Shown in pieces: positions 39,269 through 53,773 of a stretch of 64,000 nt of DNA. Numbering within the stretch: the first letter of the stretch is position 1; the number at the start of each line of letters is the position of its first letter. The stretch lies in assembly GCA_010093815.1 (NCBI GenBank), contig ML996575.1; one strand, given 5' to 3'. A model generated the notes under the pieces. It did no database searches, had not been told where the DNA came from, and saw nothing but the letters and a program-made list of their open reading frames with translations. The position numbers and the translations under genes are program-made. This DNA is from Pseudovirgaria hyperparasitica. Its lineage: Eukaryota.

Positions 39269-42065
39269 TCATGCATCGTCCTCGTCGTTGATGTACTTCA
39301 TTTCTGCTTGTTCTGCCCTTTCTCGCTCTGCGTCATCGACATCCCAGTTGGTAGTTTCCACGAACTCCCCCAGTACTGTCTCATCATCTCCTTCCGTTAA
39401 GTCAGTATCGTCGTATGTGTCCATATCCTCAGTATCTTCGCAAGACTGCGTTTCTGCTTCGTCTTTCTTCGACTTCGGTCGTGGCCCATTATCTGCGTCG
39501 CTTTCGGAATCATCTACAAATACACGCGTCTGTCGTTCCATTTCCCTAACCCAGCTGCCGCGCCTCTCACCTTGGGCTTCAGCCGCACGCTGATACAATT
39601 TCGTCATTTGTGGACTGCGGAGTTCAAACATCGAAAGAGGTCTGCCTTCTCCAGTAGGTGTTGTGGTGTATGGAGACGTTGGCTTGGACCGAGGCCCGTG
39701 TCGCGGATTGATGGACGACCACCAATTCGAGAGTCGTGATGAAAGAGCTGGAGATGGTGGTTCCTCAGCTGTGGTCTTCTCGTCCATGGGAGTGTGCGAC
39801 GGTTCATCCTTCCTAGTCTTGCTAATGGAGAGCTTTGGATGAGAACTTGATTTCAATGAGGTTTTCATCAAAGGAATTGACCGCTTCTTATATCGTGGCC
39901 CTTCGTCGTCGCTGTCGGTTTCCGCTCCGGACCATGGGTTTGATACTACACCATTGTTCTTACGTGCTTCCGTGAGCAACCCTTTCAAGTCATCTTCAGA
40001 CAATACTGTGTTCATGCCATCCTGGTCGCGGACCCTTGATGCTCGTCTTCCTTCCTCGATCGCGCGCTCTAACTTCGTACGATTACCAATAAACTTAAGC
40101 TTGGGGAACGCGGACTGTTGCCCAACATGGATCATTCGTGCAAGTCGAGCTGGTGTAGGGTCTGTAAGGATGTTGTAGAAGTCAGAGGGAATGGACTTCG
40201 GCCAGATGGTAATGGTCCCACTAAAGCGTTGGAGCCATATTTCACTCCAGTCCTGTCCTAAAGGCCGTGGGAGAAGCTCCAGATGCCGCAAAACCTTTAG
40301 CCACTTCGTAAGGTCAAGTTTGATGTATTGTTCCGTGGCACTGCCAAGAAAGCCGCCGCGCCATCCGCGACCTCTACGGTGAGTGACGGGTCGACCGACC
40401 GTTCCGCGGGATGAGAAAAAAAAGAGATTAATGTGTGGGTTTACCTGCGAGACAATACTGAACCGCACATTAAAATGCAGATTCAGTGACTTTAAGGGAA
40501 TGTCAGTACGGAGTGACCCGTCCTTCCACTTGTGTCCAAAAGAGTACGGCTCCAGTTTGCCGCTTTTGGTTTTTTTCATAAGGACGACCGGGTTCAGGAT
40601 CCCAGGGACAGCAGCAGAAGCCAGAACAGCGGACCAGACAACACAGTCAGGTGCAGTCATGTAATTTGCTAGGATTGCCGGCGAGTGAGGATCAGATGGA
40701 ACGCAGGAGACGTTGAGAATCCGCCCGGTGCGTTCGTATGCCTCGCGGAATGTCCTGAAAGTGCTAGTAAGTACCAGAGGAGAAGCGTATGGTCGATGTT
40801 ACTCACATTGAACCTCGACAGAACCATTGGCATCTTGCAGCCCAGTCAATGCTGTCGAAGCGCGCTCCTGTCTTCCACCAGCGTCTCATCCACGTCCACG
40901 TTGCGTCCTGACATGCTGTAATGCGATATGCTAGAGCTGGAACCAGTAGCTTCTTCAACTCCGTATCAGTTCGTGTAGTGAGGAGAGCTGCAACCAGAGC
41001 ACCGCCAGATGTTCCTGTAATGACCTCCGGTAGAAGCTCTGCGTCGAGGAGAGCTTTCGCAACCCCAAAGTGGTAGTATGCGAAGGTAGCTCCGCCAGAT
41101 AAGCAGAGCGCAGTCCGCCCAAAGTTGTGATGGATATGTTTGAACAGCGCGTGCTTACTTTCGGGGTCCAGCTGATTTGTCCTTTGCAGGAAATGTAGCG
41201 ACTGAGTCACCTCGTCAATGAAACGCTGAACAAGGTCTTTCGTGCCGTAGTAGCTTTCGCTATATAGTCGAGCGTTCTCGAACCCAACAAAATTGTGTTT
41301 GACTGATGCCTCTACCAAGCCTCGAAGCTCGTCTACAGCACGAACCTCCTTCATCTTGTCATCAGACAGACCTGTAAATCCTATCTCGTCCATTTCAGCC
41401 CGCTCCCGAAACTTGCTCATGTGGTTCACAACCCGACGAATAGTTTTACTGTCGTAGTATGCTGTAGGGTGTCAGTGGATACAATCTACACAACTGACCA
41501 GATAGTATATACCATAGTCGTCTGTTTTTTTCCACTCGTCGTTCCCAAGATGGGTGTCCAGCTCTTTTGCGGCCGCTACCCATTCCTCATATGCCTGCTT
41601 ACTTCTGAGGCTTCTTCGCAATATCTCTCTCTGGCCTCTCCAGGTGATCCAGTGCTCGTAGAGGAAAATGTAGACTCGAGTGAGGAGGTATGATACCCCC
41701 AAAAATCCGAGCCAGCCGAACACTGTGAGCAAAAGGGGCCACTTCAGAAGCGTATATACAAAGCCTTCTCTTGTCTCGTCTTTGCCACGCCGGGGAGCTT
41801 TCCTTTTTCGTTTTCGTACGCGTTGATGAATGGGTCTCCAGTCGTTCAAGGCCGTAATGAACCGAGGTCTGGATTTTGTAGACGCAATGGGGCTGGTGAG
41901 ATCATCGTGAGAGGGCGACTGTTCTGGAACAGCAAGAGCCCTCGCGAATTCGGTCAGCTCTTCTTCCACAACGAAGTCATTGTCGAAATCCGGGAGCTTC
42001 GTGAAGTCATACGCGTCTGTTGAGTACGGCGATAGGCCGTCGGTGTTGCTCTTGACGTTGGCCAT
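39269..42065 (-). CDS. Patatin-like phospholipase / TGL-type triacylglycerol lipase
   Basis: LSGGATFAYYHFG, GTSGG nucleophile, ASAAVPG and WKDGS motifs; multi-exon. Confidence 0.93.
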
Positions 42066-42344
42066 GAGACTATGGTGTCAAGCCATGGCATACAGAATTG
42101 ACGAATTTGGCAAGTAGTGGCTATTGGCCATATCTGTTCTCACGAGATATGGTGTGAAGCTCTTGGACTGTTGGTTGGGGCAGCACATGTCGCCCAGAGT
42201 CCGCACTGATCGACGTCACGGTGCCGAGCGCTGGGAGCAGACCAGCCACACAGACGTGGCGCCGCAGTCCTACAAGCCACTCTTTAGCGGGAGCCCCCTT
42301 TGTCAGCGGCCTGAAGTCATCATATTCTGTGTTTAATACATACA

Positions 42345-43866
42345 ATGTACACCCGTACCGCACCATGGAAATCACTACGCGGACTATTACTCACATCTCG
42401 ACATCCCTGCCCAAGACTCAACACTACCCTCCACACGCTCCGCAGTTCGTTGTGCACGCTCGCGATCGAAACTTCCTGCGATGATACTTCAGTCGCCGTA
42501 CTCGAATATAAGTCAGATCCCCGAGATCCTGTATTAAGACAAGGCTCCCAGGCGAAACTACGATACCACAAGACACTTACGTCTAGGAACAAACCATATG
42601 GAGGCATACACCCAGTCGTGGCGCTGGAGTCGCATCAAGAGAATCTAGCGATTCTAGTCCGTGAAGCCCTACGCTCATTGCCAGATGCTGCTCACGATGA
42701 GTCCACCAGCGTGAGATCAATATCGGTTAGGTGCGAATCTAGGGAGAACACGAACAAAGTGATACCGGACTTCATATCAGTCACGAGAGGACCAGGAATG
42801 CGCTCCAATTTGAATACAGGACTCGACCTTGCAAAAGGCCTCGCAGTCGCCTGGGATGTACCATTGATCGGTGTCCACCATATGCACGCACATGCCCTTA
42901 CACCGCGTTTCCTCTCTGCCTCGGACGTGCTAGGCTCAAGACAAGACGATACAGAGGTCTTGCCCGAAGTTGCTCCTGCGTTTCCATTCCTGTCGCTATT
43001 GGTCTCCGGCGGTCATACGCTTTTGATACAGACAAACTCGCTCACTGAGCATCGCGTACTTGCGACCACCATGGACATTGCCATCGGAGTTTGCCTCGAC
43101 AAGATTGCGCGAGCCGTACTTCCAGAGCAAGTACTGAACTCGTCACCGAATACCATGTATGGAGCTGTGCTAGAGAGATTCGCGTTTGCGAATGGGGCCG
43201 AAGATCACGCCTATGAACCCCCTGGGGGTCTCTATGGTCCGACAGTCCCTAAGCCATCGCAATACGGCTGGACTATTCCTGCGCCATTCAACAAGATAAA
43301 CGCACAGAGCATTGAACGTCACAAGGCGAACAATAATGAATTCGCATTCTCATTCACTGGGCTCACAACCTCGATTGAACGAATCGTTGATACTCTGAAA
43401 TTAAAATCGCCGTGCACATCGGAAGAGGACGAAGTGCAGGAGAGGCGAGCGCTGGCAAGAGAGGCCATGCAAGCCGTCTTCGAGCACGTAGGTCAACGCA
43501 TCGTGCTCGCGCTTCGGGACACGCAAAAGGAGAATCCAGAACTAGCTTCACGTCTGCAAACATTGGTAGTCAGTGGTGGTGTTGCAGCCAACAAATACCT
43601 TCGCTGCATGTGAGGCCCACCAATACCCGCACCACACACTCATTCTTCCTACTAACACCACCCTTAGACTATCACCATACCTCGCTGCTCGAGGCTACGC
43701 CGATATGTCCTTTGTGTACCCGCCGGTCGAGTACTGCACCGACAACGCCGCCATGATCGCGTGGGCGGGCATGGAAATGTTCACAGCCGGCCACACGACT
43801 TCCCTTGCAGCACGCAGCATTCGCAAATGGCCCATAGACGCCATTCTCGATCCGCCCTCGACTTAG
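42345..43866 (+). CDS. QRI7: Mitochondrial tRNA N6-threonylcarbamoyltransferase (Kae1/TsaD family)
   Basis: LAIETSCDDT, VTRGPG, HHMHAH, LLVSGGHT, SGGVAAN and CTDNAAMIAW; basic N-terminal presequence. Confidence 0.9.
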
Positions 43867-44374
43867 ACGGGTCTTCTGTATCGTATGCCCACCGCCCCCT
43901 AGGTTGGTCCGGATGTAATTGTATCATGTAAGATAGTTTGTATACATCTCCGTATACACCTCTGTGAAAGTTTCAAAGCTCATGTGAGTTGAGATGCACT
44001 ATGTCGAAGAGCTATATACTGTGTACGATGTAGGTAGATGAACGTGCGTGAGATGTTCCAATGTGCGTCTACGGTCGCGATCCAAGTGCTTAGCTGGACA
44101 AGACGCGGCACAAGGTTCGATGTTATGACTGGAGAATATGTACGACTATGTGGAAGCATCGAGATGGAACGTGGAGTTGTTTTGAAACATATATTTAAAA
44201 TATATGTCACTTGAGTGTCCTTGTAATCAAGGATAATTTTTGTGGTGCCTGATCGATTCCCCTCCATTTGATATTCTGAATGTGCTGCTCTCAATCCAAC
44301 AACGAACTTCGCCACATGCACTTTACTTATTCAATGAGTCCAGCGTTCATGTATCCAAAACACACGTCCTGTCT

Positions 44375-45454
44375 TCACGCCTCAACGTCAACTAAAGTCC
44401 CTACAGCGCCCACGCTACTTACGCTGCCAAAACTTTCCACTACATCCCCCTCTCCACCAGCCATATACGCCGGATCAACCTCAATAACATCCGAGTCCTC
44501 CTCACCCACACTCTTCGGCAGAACCACCTCCGCAATTCGCCACACTTTTGCCGCCGCCCTCTCCACACTCCCCGGCACCCGTTCATGCATCCCCAACAAC
44601 GCCAAATACCTCAACCCCCTCATCCCACCCACCGGCGTCAGCACCTTTTCATCAATCTCCCCACCACAACAATCCAGGCCCAGCACCTCCAGCCGCGGCA
44701 CGCTTGTTGCCAGCGCGCCAAACAGCGACCCCGCCGCATTCAGCTTATGACATCTGCGCACCCACAGCTCGCGGAGCTGTGGCGCCGCAGCCACCACGCC
44801 GACGAGCTGCCGCACGCTCAAGTCGCAGTTTTCGAGCTGTAGTGCCGTGAGCCGAGGCCAAGCGCCTGCGAGCTGTGTCCATGCGTTACGTTCGTCGGCG
44901 CGGGTGCTGCTGCGGCGTGGGCAGTGCAGGGTTGCAGTGTCGTCGATGCGGATGGTCAGGACGCGGATGTTTGTGAGGCGGCGGAGAGCTGGGGTGAGCG
45001 CGGCGGGGAGGGTCCAGAGGGAGAGGGAGAGGGTGCGGAGGGAGCTGCTGTAGCGGGTGAGGATGGAGGAATGCAGGACGAGGTGGAATTTGAGGAGGGT
45101 AGGGAGGCGGTGCAGGTGTGGGCGGGGGATGATCGTGGAGATGGCGTGAGGGTCGAGGGGCGATTCGGAGGGTTGATTGGCCTTCGTAGGGGATTTGTGT
45201 GTGCGGGAAAAGGCTGAGTGCGTTGATGTTATGGCGGGCAGGTCCCAGGCTGTGAGACGTGAGGTTGTGCTTGCGGCGCGGGAGGTGTGGATTGCGAAGG
45301 AGAGCGTGTGGAGGCTGGAAAGTGAGAGCGCATGGGATGATCGCGAAGCAAGTGAGAAGGAGAGCAGAGCGCGGACCGGGAGAGAGGCCAGGATCTGGAG
45401 GAGGAGTTCGGGCGGGAGGGACAGCAAGCAGGGTGGTGAGGGTGTTGCCGGCAT
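44375..45454 (-). CDS. F-box protein with LRR-like C-terminus
   Basis: LLSLPPELLLQILASLP F-box; LxxLxL repeats. Confidence 0.82.
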   Translation of the reverse strand: MPATPSPPCLLSLPPELLLQILASLPVRALLSFSLASRSSHALSLSSLHTLSFAIHTSRAASTTSRLTAWDLPAITSTHSAFSRTHKSPTKANQPSESPLDPHAISTIIPRPHLHRLPTLLKFHLVLHSSILTRYSSSLRTLSLSLWTLPAALTPALRRLTNIRVLTIRIDDTATLHCPRRSSTRADERNAWTQLAGAWPRLTALQLENCDLSVRQLVGVVAAAPQLRELWVRRCHKLNAAGSLFGALATSVPRLEVLGLDCCGGEIDEKVLTPVGGMRGLRYLALLGMHERVPGSVERAAAKVWRIAEVVLPKSVGEEDSDVIEVDPAYMAGGEGDVVESFGSVSSVGAVGTLVDVEA

Positions 45455-47853
45455 GATTGATTGGTGTTATAATGCGGCGTGTCGGATATGTATATATTCG
45501 AAGACTGCTGATATAGTCGACTATAATGTCGTGGACAGAAATGAAGGGGTTAGGAGGGCAATTTGGAGCAGCCAGACGTTGTGGTTCTTCGCGAGGGGTT
45601 GGTGGTGTTGAGTAGACGATATGGTGGCACAGTGATGGATGTAGTCACGTCCCGAAACGGTAACAGCGGCAGCCCAAAACAAAACCTGCAATTTCGTGGC
45701 TCTTTCTGTCGGGAGTGTAGACCCGTGGAGGTAATGATTTAACGCGTCTCGAAGACGATGTGACAGATACAATGATGGATCTGTTGTGATCTGTCGCAAA
45801 TAGCCAGAATGGCATATGACAACATATGACGCCTGAAATGGTCAGCCCTGTCGGTACTCTCCCAAGCGCAGACACTACCTAGAACTAATAAACCACCTGG
45901 ATGGTTGCACAGCTTGCTTCTAGCCCTGGCGACGATCAAGCCACACGCTAAGCGATGAAGGAGATAGAGCTGAGATTCGAGGTAAGGCGGCTTGTACGAT
46001 AACGACAAAATGCAAGTTATATGAACAAAGAAGTATGAGGACCAGAAGACTTACAATGCGGCGGGGGGTTTCAGAGCAGGCAACTAACTCAGCGGAGATG
46101 ATTTATACTCCAAGTCTCGCACTCACAAACTTTCTACTCCTCACTCACTCTCATCGGACATTATTTCCAACAGTGGGATTGCGGCACGGGGGCGGGAGGT
46201 TACCTCGATGGTGGTAGCCAGTCATCTCTCGGTATCACATATAGAGGTGGGAGTCTGCCAACATGCATCTTTCAGGCTGAGTCTGCCACGCCACTAGACT
46301 GGGGCAGAGAGGCCGGCATCGGTGAGACGATTGGATCCTGGCGAAGAAGCAAGCAGAGTACTTTATGCTGCTGGCGGTTTGCGGCCTGAAGAGGATGTTG
46401 GCAGCTCCAAAGGACGACTGTTATTGGTGTTTTGTCATTTGGCGATGCGGCGGGTGGTGAAGTGAGAAGACGCAGCCTCAGGTGTCCAGGAATAGGTGCA
46501 TGAATTTAATATCTGGTAGTACGCTAGTCTACTGATAGACTAGTGCTGCCCCGCTGGTCCCAGTGCCGCTCTGTCGGGTTTCTCGCTCGTGCTGACGGGT
46601 CACTGTTCACTGCTGATGTTGATGTTGTTGTTGTTTTTGTTGTCTAAAGCGGCTTATATGGATATCGTCTATCGTGTCTACCCTATATCCCTGTCCTTAC
46701 TTTCCACTCAGCCTTATCATATAGACTGCCATCTTGTATTGGCTCGTAGATGAGATGTGCAAGTCCTGAGACGGACCGCCCTCGTGGAGCCGCCAAGGTG
46801 GGTTGGGACGGGAAGCAAACACAGTAGACCTTTAGACCTTTAATACTGCCTATCTTTCCCCGGCACATCCAACTCTCTCTCTGCATCATCCTCTCGCCAA
46901 CCGCTGCCTATCACAATTGCCCAAGCATGCAGTCCCAGTCTCCGCTGGTCAATCCATCCAATCCTGCAGCCCTGCGGCGCAGCCGATGTGTCTCTATCTG
47001 TGTCGTTTCAACCATGCACAACAAGCGAATAGATCTCGAGCTTCATGCGCCCCTAATGCTCCCTGCGCGTCCATTCTACATATATAGTATCAATAAGCTG
47101 TCCATACCCTGTAGAATATGCACCCGCATCCCGCTCATTCGGCCGACTTTCTCGTGTCCGTGGTTGTCCATGCTGTATCCTCTTCCTGCATGGCTGAGCC
47201 ATGGGATGCATCTTGAAACTGTTCGATACTGTTATTGCATATCAAGTTTCCAGTGACTCTTGCTTGACTCTAAAACTGTGAGCGTGTTCTTCAATTTACA
47301 TTCGTATATGTCTTCATGTCTGTCCGTCCACGGAGTGCAGTCACTAGATGATGATAAGCTTCCGAGAGACGGTAATTTCCCGGTCTATAGGACGACGATC
47401 ATATGGCCGCTTCTTGACCTGCACCTTTGTTCAGATGCATCAATCTACCATTGTCAGAGCTGCTTGGCCGCAGTACAGCTTTGGCATCTCAAAAGGTGAT
47501 ATACCGTTCTTATGACTCCAGCTTTGTCCTCTTTCTGCCTCCCTAGTATCACTGTCTCGCAGAAAGGAAACGCCATCGCTACTCTGAGCATCTCGCACGC
47601 AGTATAATGCAGACTTGAGCCGATCGAGTCGTAGGAAAGCCAGCTGGCACAGATCACGACTTCGCAAAACACACAGAAACCAGGCTGTGCCGCTTCTGAC
47701 ACTGTGCTATCCGTAGCAAGTCATCAATGAATCTAGCGTGTCCTCATCATTGCATCTAGATCCCAGTGTGTACAAACACTTCCATCCAAGTTCGACATCT
47801 CAAATATACCCTGCCTACACTTCGCTGAAACCTATAGTCCCTTAGTCACACTC

Positions 47854-49035
47854 TCATTGATCTGCATAATTCCTCCCTCCGCATGCACCCATGTTCTCCC
47901 CCAGCTCTTTGAACTTCTTGCTGCACGTCTGCGCCGCAAACCGCCTGCTCGCCTGCGGCGGCACCATGCGTGCCGCGACGCGGCTCCAGCGCAGATTCGC
48001 CCCGTGCAGTGCGACTTCCTGGGCATGGGCAGCGAGCAGGAGAGAAATCTGTGGTTGTATTAGCTGTCCTTCGCACATTCACGTCAATTTGAAGACACCA
48101 TACAACCGACTGATCTCATACATTGAAGCAGGGGGACGGTAGAGATAAGCAAGGAGCGATAGACGTACATCACCTTTCATCCACCGCGGCTCCCTCACAC
48201 GCTCCTCCTTACACTTTGTCAGCGCACGATACCGCCCGCGCAACGTGCTTTCTGCGATGCCGAAGCCGCCGTGTGCTTGAATCTGGCGAAACGTCAGGCC
48301 CTGGGCGCGCAGAGAGAGGATGAGGGCGTCGGATGAAGAGCGCTGGGCTGTGGGTTGTAGCGTTTTGGCGGGGTTTGGGAGTGTCTGTGGGGTTTCTGGC
48401 TGGTTCAAGTCGCTCTTGGGAGTTGATAGAAAGGGGTTGTCGAAGATGATCCCGGTAGTAGGGAGGTATGGGTCGTGTGAGCATGGTGGCTCGAGCGGAT
48501 TCGTGGAGTCGTAGGTGGACTGGGGCGGAGCGGAGAGGTCTGTTGCGGTGACGGGGAGAGATTGAGGAAGGTATGACGGCCAGCGCATGGCGGAATGATG
48601 GGTAGTTGTCCTGTGCTGAGCAGATCTATTGTTTTGGGTTCTGTGTGTGGAGAATTGGCATAGTGCGGGCTCAGGCTGTGACGGCGTTGGCGGAGCGCTG
48701 TCGAGGATCCTGAGGTCGAAGTCGGTCCCTGCTGATGGTATGTACAATTGTCTTTGCGTGAATAGGTTATCTTGATCAGGGCAGAATTTATTGCGTGGAA
48801 GACTGCTGTGGTCGAAGGGCGTGTAACGGATTGTCTCTGAATAGTGAATGGTGTGACTCGGTTCATGGTGAATTTCCGCTGGGCTTTGTTCAAATTGTGA
48901 AATTGGATCATAGTCACTGTTGTTGTTTGTCAGACAATCTGTATATGGCTCTTGAGAGGGCCAGTGGAGCCCATCGTCCATCATGTCCACAGTCAGATCG
49001 TAGTCCCACGCTTTGCATGATTCTTGCAAGACCAT
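47854..49035 (-). CDS. Hypothetical protein with C-terminal Myb-like region; start codon uncertain
   Basis: GLTFRQI..AESTLRGRYRALTK..EERVREPRW, an intron, then LRWSRVA..FAAQTCSKKF. Confidence 0.65.
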
Positions 49036-49757
49036 TTTCTCTGTCCCAACTTCATCAATATTCCTCCTCCTTTGCTTGACTTTGTTCTGGCAGCCAAAGT
49101 GATGCACAGAGGAGAAACAAGCATCTTGGCCAGCTCCACTGTAGCCTGATATAAGAACACAGGCTGCCTCGAGAAACGCACGCCACGATACTAGACAGGC
49201 GCACGATGGCATTCAGGCACTATATCTGGTGAGCATGGAAAGACAGGCGCCACGATCGTGCGCATCATGTGTGTTCCTTCGGCATGGGACGATCAGTACT
49301 TCCAACAAGTACTTTCGATGTTCGCAAACGCGCTAAAGGAGAGAACACGGTCAGGTTGAAAACAAGGGCCACGCAATTAGCGTAATCGCAGCGAACCCTT
49401 ACCGATTTGACAAACTTTTTCTTCATGCAAAAAAATCGGACTGCAGGTTCAAGGCGAGAGGCGAGGCCGAGATAACAGTATAGACGGCGACTTGAGATTG
49501 GGTACTGGCATGAGCACAATTTCTGCCGAAACAGTGATACATCATCAATTTTTCTAATACTGAGTCCATTGTAGCAATGACTGTAGACTTGTGCCGCATT
49601 ATTTGCTATATCACTTGTCTATCATTGGTTAGAATGGACACCTCTTATGACAGACCAGACTGTTAGATGTTTCGACTAGCCTCTTGATGCCACTAAAGTG
49701 TGTACACACATAAGAAGCCGTATTAGGATGACTAGGTCTAGATGTCATATTCCTGAT

Positions 49758-50640
49758 TCAGAGGTGAGGTTTGTCTAACGGCGCTACTTGGTTTCGTGGA
49801 ATACTCAAAAAGTCCCACACATAATGAAACCTGTCATTGTTAGCTCGCTTAAGACAAACACGGCACAATGATTATACCTGTCACTTCCAAAGAAAGGTTC
49901 CTCCTTGCCGTCCTGGTTGCGTATCCACATGTATGGACAGCCAAACGCTCCACGCTCCAAGGCTGTCCTTGTGTTCTCATTGAGCTTTTCTTTGATCTCT
50001 GTCGTATCAGCAGCCTCTAGGATTTTAATGACGTCCTCTTGTTGGAAGTGTCTCGAGAATACTTCAGTCAAAGCGTCCACTTTACTGATGTCAATGCTCT
50101 GTTCCCACATGGCGACCCAAAGCTCATTGTACATCGCAACGACCTTGCTTTCTGGGTAATTATCCTTCACGAAGACCATAGCTCGTTGCGGCTGTACGTG
50201 TAAGTAAATTTCCGGTGTCGGGTCGCACGTACAGACTCACAAGAAGAGTTAGATTGGGGAAGAACGAAGGAGTAGTGAGTTGAGGTCTGCCGAAAGCAAT
50301 TTTCGCTCGTAAAAGGTCCCACTGCAAGTATGCCCCTCTGGCCGGTAAAGATCCTGGCGGTTTGTTTCCAGTCGCTCGATTGATACCTCCCAAGAAGACA
50401 GGGATCAAGCTGTGGTAGAAGAACAAAGGTTAGTGAATGTTGGGATTGAGCGGCGCAATTGTCGTAGACGCTGTCGTACTTGACCTCCACATCATGAGAC
50501 GTCAGGATCGCTCTATTCCTTATGAGATAGACGAAGCCAAAGTACGAGTATGGTGACACTGGGATTGTTGGTCAGCAGAGTCTCGTGCGGCGCATGATGG
50601 ACTTACCGCAGTCGAGATATGCATCGATCTGACCCTTCAT
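49758..50640 (-). CDS. Glutathione S-transferase kappa / HCCA-isomerase (DSBA-like)
   Basis: YLDCVSPYSY (spliced), PVFLGGI..GNKPP, GAFGCP and FFGSDRF motifs; four introns. Confidence 0.9.
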
Positions 50641-50984
50641 AATGGCATACTCATAGCTTTTGCATGAAACTGATAGCGCTACCTGTCAACGCCGATGTGA
50701 TTACATCGTGGTGTGTCGGTGCATCATCTTTATAGTCGTTGCCCCGCGCGAGGCTAGCTGACGACCGACTGCAGTGCATCCACGGACGGATTGATTAGAA
50801 TACTAATCATGAGTTCTCCCAGCACCGCCAAGCCCCATAGCACCGAGGCATTAACGATCCGCCCATCTGGATTCTCCGTCTTAATTATTGAGTTTTCAGT
50901 AATCACCTTTCGAAGTGCATCGAACATATAGATGTGATCTATGGCTACAGCAGCTGGTCGCCAGCTTCAAAGGATCGTACCATC

Positions 50985-52014
50985 ATGCCGAACAACGGGC
51001 AAGTCGCACTCGTAGTAGGAGCCTCCAGAGGCATAGGACGTCAGGTCGCTATAGACCTGGCGAAAAAAGGCTACAAGGGTATGCTTGGAACGAAAACCGG
51101 CATAGCTAAGAAACCCTTGCTGATATGAACCTAATAGTGGTTGTAGCCGCCAAAACAACCTCAAATGCCGCAGAACTCAAATCATTCCCTCCCGACCCAA
51201 ACTCATCACGATCCACGATAAGCACTGTAGCGCGCGAGATAAATGATGCCGGTGGAGAAGCCACAGCAGTGCCTGTAGATACGCGCGACTTTGCGAGTGT
51301 TCAACGAATGGTTGAGCAGGCAATCTGCGCGTATGGCGGGCTCGACGTTCTCGTATACAATTCTGGAGCGATATGGTGGGCCAGTGTGGAAGATACGCCC
51401 ATGAAGAGGTTCCAGTTAATGCAGCGAGTCAATGTGGAAGGCTTATATGGCACAGTCCAGGCTGTACTGCCCCATTTCGCCAATAATAGCTGGAAAGGCA
51501 GAATTATTGTCGTTAGCCCGCCGATCTACTCTAGGTTCTTCAGAGGCAAGACGGCTTATGCTATGGGCAAAGTCGGCATGTCTATTTTGACAAAGGGACT
51601 CGCCATGGACTGGATACGCCAAGGCAAAAATGACATGGCAATCACCAGTATCTGGCCTGCCGCTGCCATACAGTCTGCTGCGACGGCAGATCCAGCTATT
51701 CAGAAGGAGTTACGCAAAGCTGTACGGTCCGGAGGTGTCGTCATCCGTACCCGAGCTGACTTTTGCAGACAATATTTTCGGACGCGATCCTTGCTATGCT
51801 GGCAGCCCCAGCTGCCGAAGTGAACGGATGTCTTGAGCTTGACGAAGACTACCTTCGTAGCAAAGGCATCACTGACTTCAGCCAATATGCCCTCTTCCCA
51901 GGTGCATCTCCAAGACGCATCATGCCAGTCAAGCTCCCAGATCTTACAGTAGCCGAACAGGACGATGAAGGCCATAGAATAGACAGTGCCAGGTCTCGCG
52001 CGTCAAGATTGTAG
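50985..52014 (+). CDS. Short-chain dehydrogenase/reductase, HSDL2-like
   Basis: VALVVGASRGIG, LVYNSGA and YAMGK motifs; two introns. Confidence 0.9.
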
Positions 52015-52061
52015 ATTGGCAAGAAAGGGCACAGTGATCTCCAGCAAATGACATTCTTGGT

Positions 52062-52526
52062 CTAAACCGCCTTTACTTTGAAGTCATCCCACCAGCAGGA
52101 TTTGTTTATGAGATAGCCGTCTTTGTCAAACTTGACACCCTCTTTCTCGAGTAGTTCTAGCTTCATATCACAATTCATCCCGCTCGGAACGGTGCGCCAA
52201 TCGCCTTTGAAGCCACCGAGAAAACTAAGGTCGACATGTCAAGCACAGATCATTCGGAATTCAAGTACAGTCGTGTGCTTACCCTGTAGAGGCAATGCAT
52301 CGATGACACGGCACCTGCAAAGCCGTTATTGATATCTACTACTGTGAAGGGTATGCTGTGAATTTACCTCTGGTGCGAATGGATTATTCCTGCATGCCCC
52401 ACCAACCGCACGAGGCGATGAGTTCAGCGCTCGTGCAATTGCAGCATACGATGCAATTCTGCCTTCAGGGATTTGTTGAAGGCAGTCGTACACTCGTGTC
52501 TGAAACTCTGTGACTTTCTTGCTCAT
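52062..52526 (-). CDS. O6-methylguanine-DNA methyltransferase (MGMT/Ogt C-terminal domain)
   Basis: IPEGRIASY, PRAVGGA, NPFAPE-VPCHR active-site Cys and LLEKEG; two introns. Confidence 0.9.
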
Positions 52527-53002
52527 GTTTAGACTCTCGTGCGGAGATCTTGTACACACTGGCTTGATGAATGAAGACGGAAGGCCTCTTCTTCCACGCG
52601 CTGCTGAATATAACTATGAATTGAGCGCGTAAGCTTGGGTAGAAGATGAGTCAACGCGTTCGCGGCACGCTGTCACGAGACCGCTGGTTGTTGCACTTAA
52701 AGTGACCAATTGGGTCTGCCCAAGCTAAATCGACTTGCTTGTCGACAAATAAGATTTTCTGGCGTGCGCTGTCAACTTGTCAATCGTAATTTCACTGTTT
52801 GGCCGAAGCACCACAAACCTAGTCTGAAGCCTGCTGTTGCAGCCATTTCAGTTATTGCTTGGGATAACCCATTCCTACTTCTTGGCGTTGACATGCCTTA
52901 AGATCATGATTCCCATCAGCATTGTCACAAGCTTCATATACGGGAACACATTTGAAATAAACTTGCCAGAACGTTGTCGGCGTATACAGGACTCATTGCA
53001 CC

Positions 53003-53773
53003 ATGGACGGACAGGATCGCGTTGCAACTCCAGCTGAAGAAACAACACCACTACTCACAAACAACAACACCGATGTGGCACAGGCTCAAGACGCTGATAA
53101 CAATGACCCATCACAAGACGTTGAAGCCGGTATGCCAGCAGCGAATGGTCAACCAAGGACACCGCGAAGTATCATCGTCATGACAGCTCTGATCATGCCT
53201 TTGGCAGTCTTGGAGATCGCAACATACATTGCAGGGATCCCCCTCGGTCAGACTGTACCATGGTGGGCCACATACCAAGTACAACCTCTCATCACTCTTG
53301 TAAGCTCCGCCCAGATATTACATCCTCAATATTATTCGTTGCTGACCTAGTGTAGACTATCCTAGCCTCCGTTGCCGCGATAATTAATATCGTCCTGATC
53401 CGTCGCCGTGGGACTCCATTAGCATTTCCTCTCAATCTCATCATCGACATTGCTCTCGGACTTTCTATCTGGTCTTCTGTGGCGCCAGTGTTGGACCATA
53501 TATTGGGCAGATACCCTGAGACATCCGAGATATTGCTGATCTTGACATTTGTGTTCGGATTTATCATTGCGTAAGTCTAGTTGTGTCTTTACTCTGTACA
53601 TCGGCTTACGTCTCATCAGGTTATTGTTCTTCGCCCTCTTCATTGTGCGCTGCATCGCTTTCATCCGAGATCAGCGTCGACAGAGCACCTGGAGTGTTCC
53701 GACAGGAGGAGTGACATTTGAGTTTTCCATCAAGTTCTTCAGGCAGGAGAACACGGGGACGCCTGCGCCATGA
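53003..53773 (+). CDS. Hypothetical membrane protein (~4 TM)
   Basis: Three exons with hydrophobic segments; N-terminal ETTPLL dileucine-like motif. Confidence 0.6.

Noticed and set aside
49758..50640. HCCA-isomerase-like gene as part of the aromatic cluster
   Set aside because: Fungal members are usually kappa GSTs, and unrelated genes separate it from the cluster.
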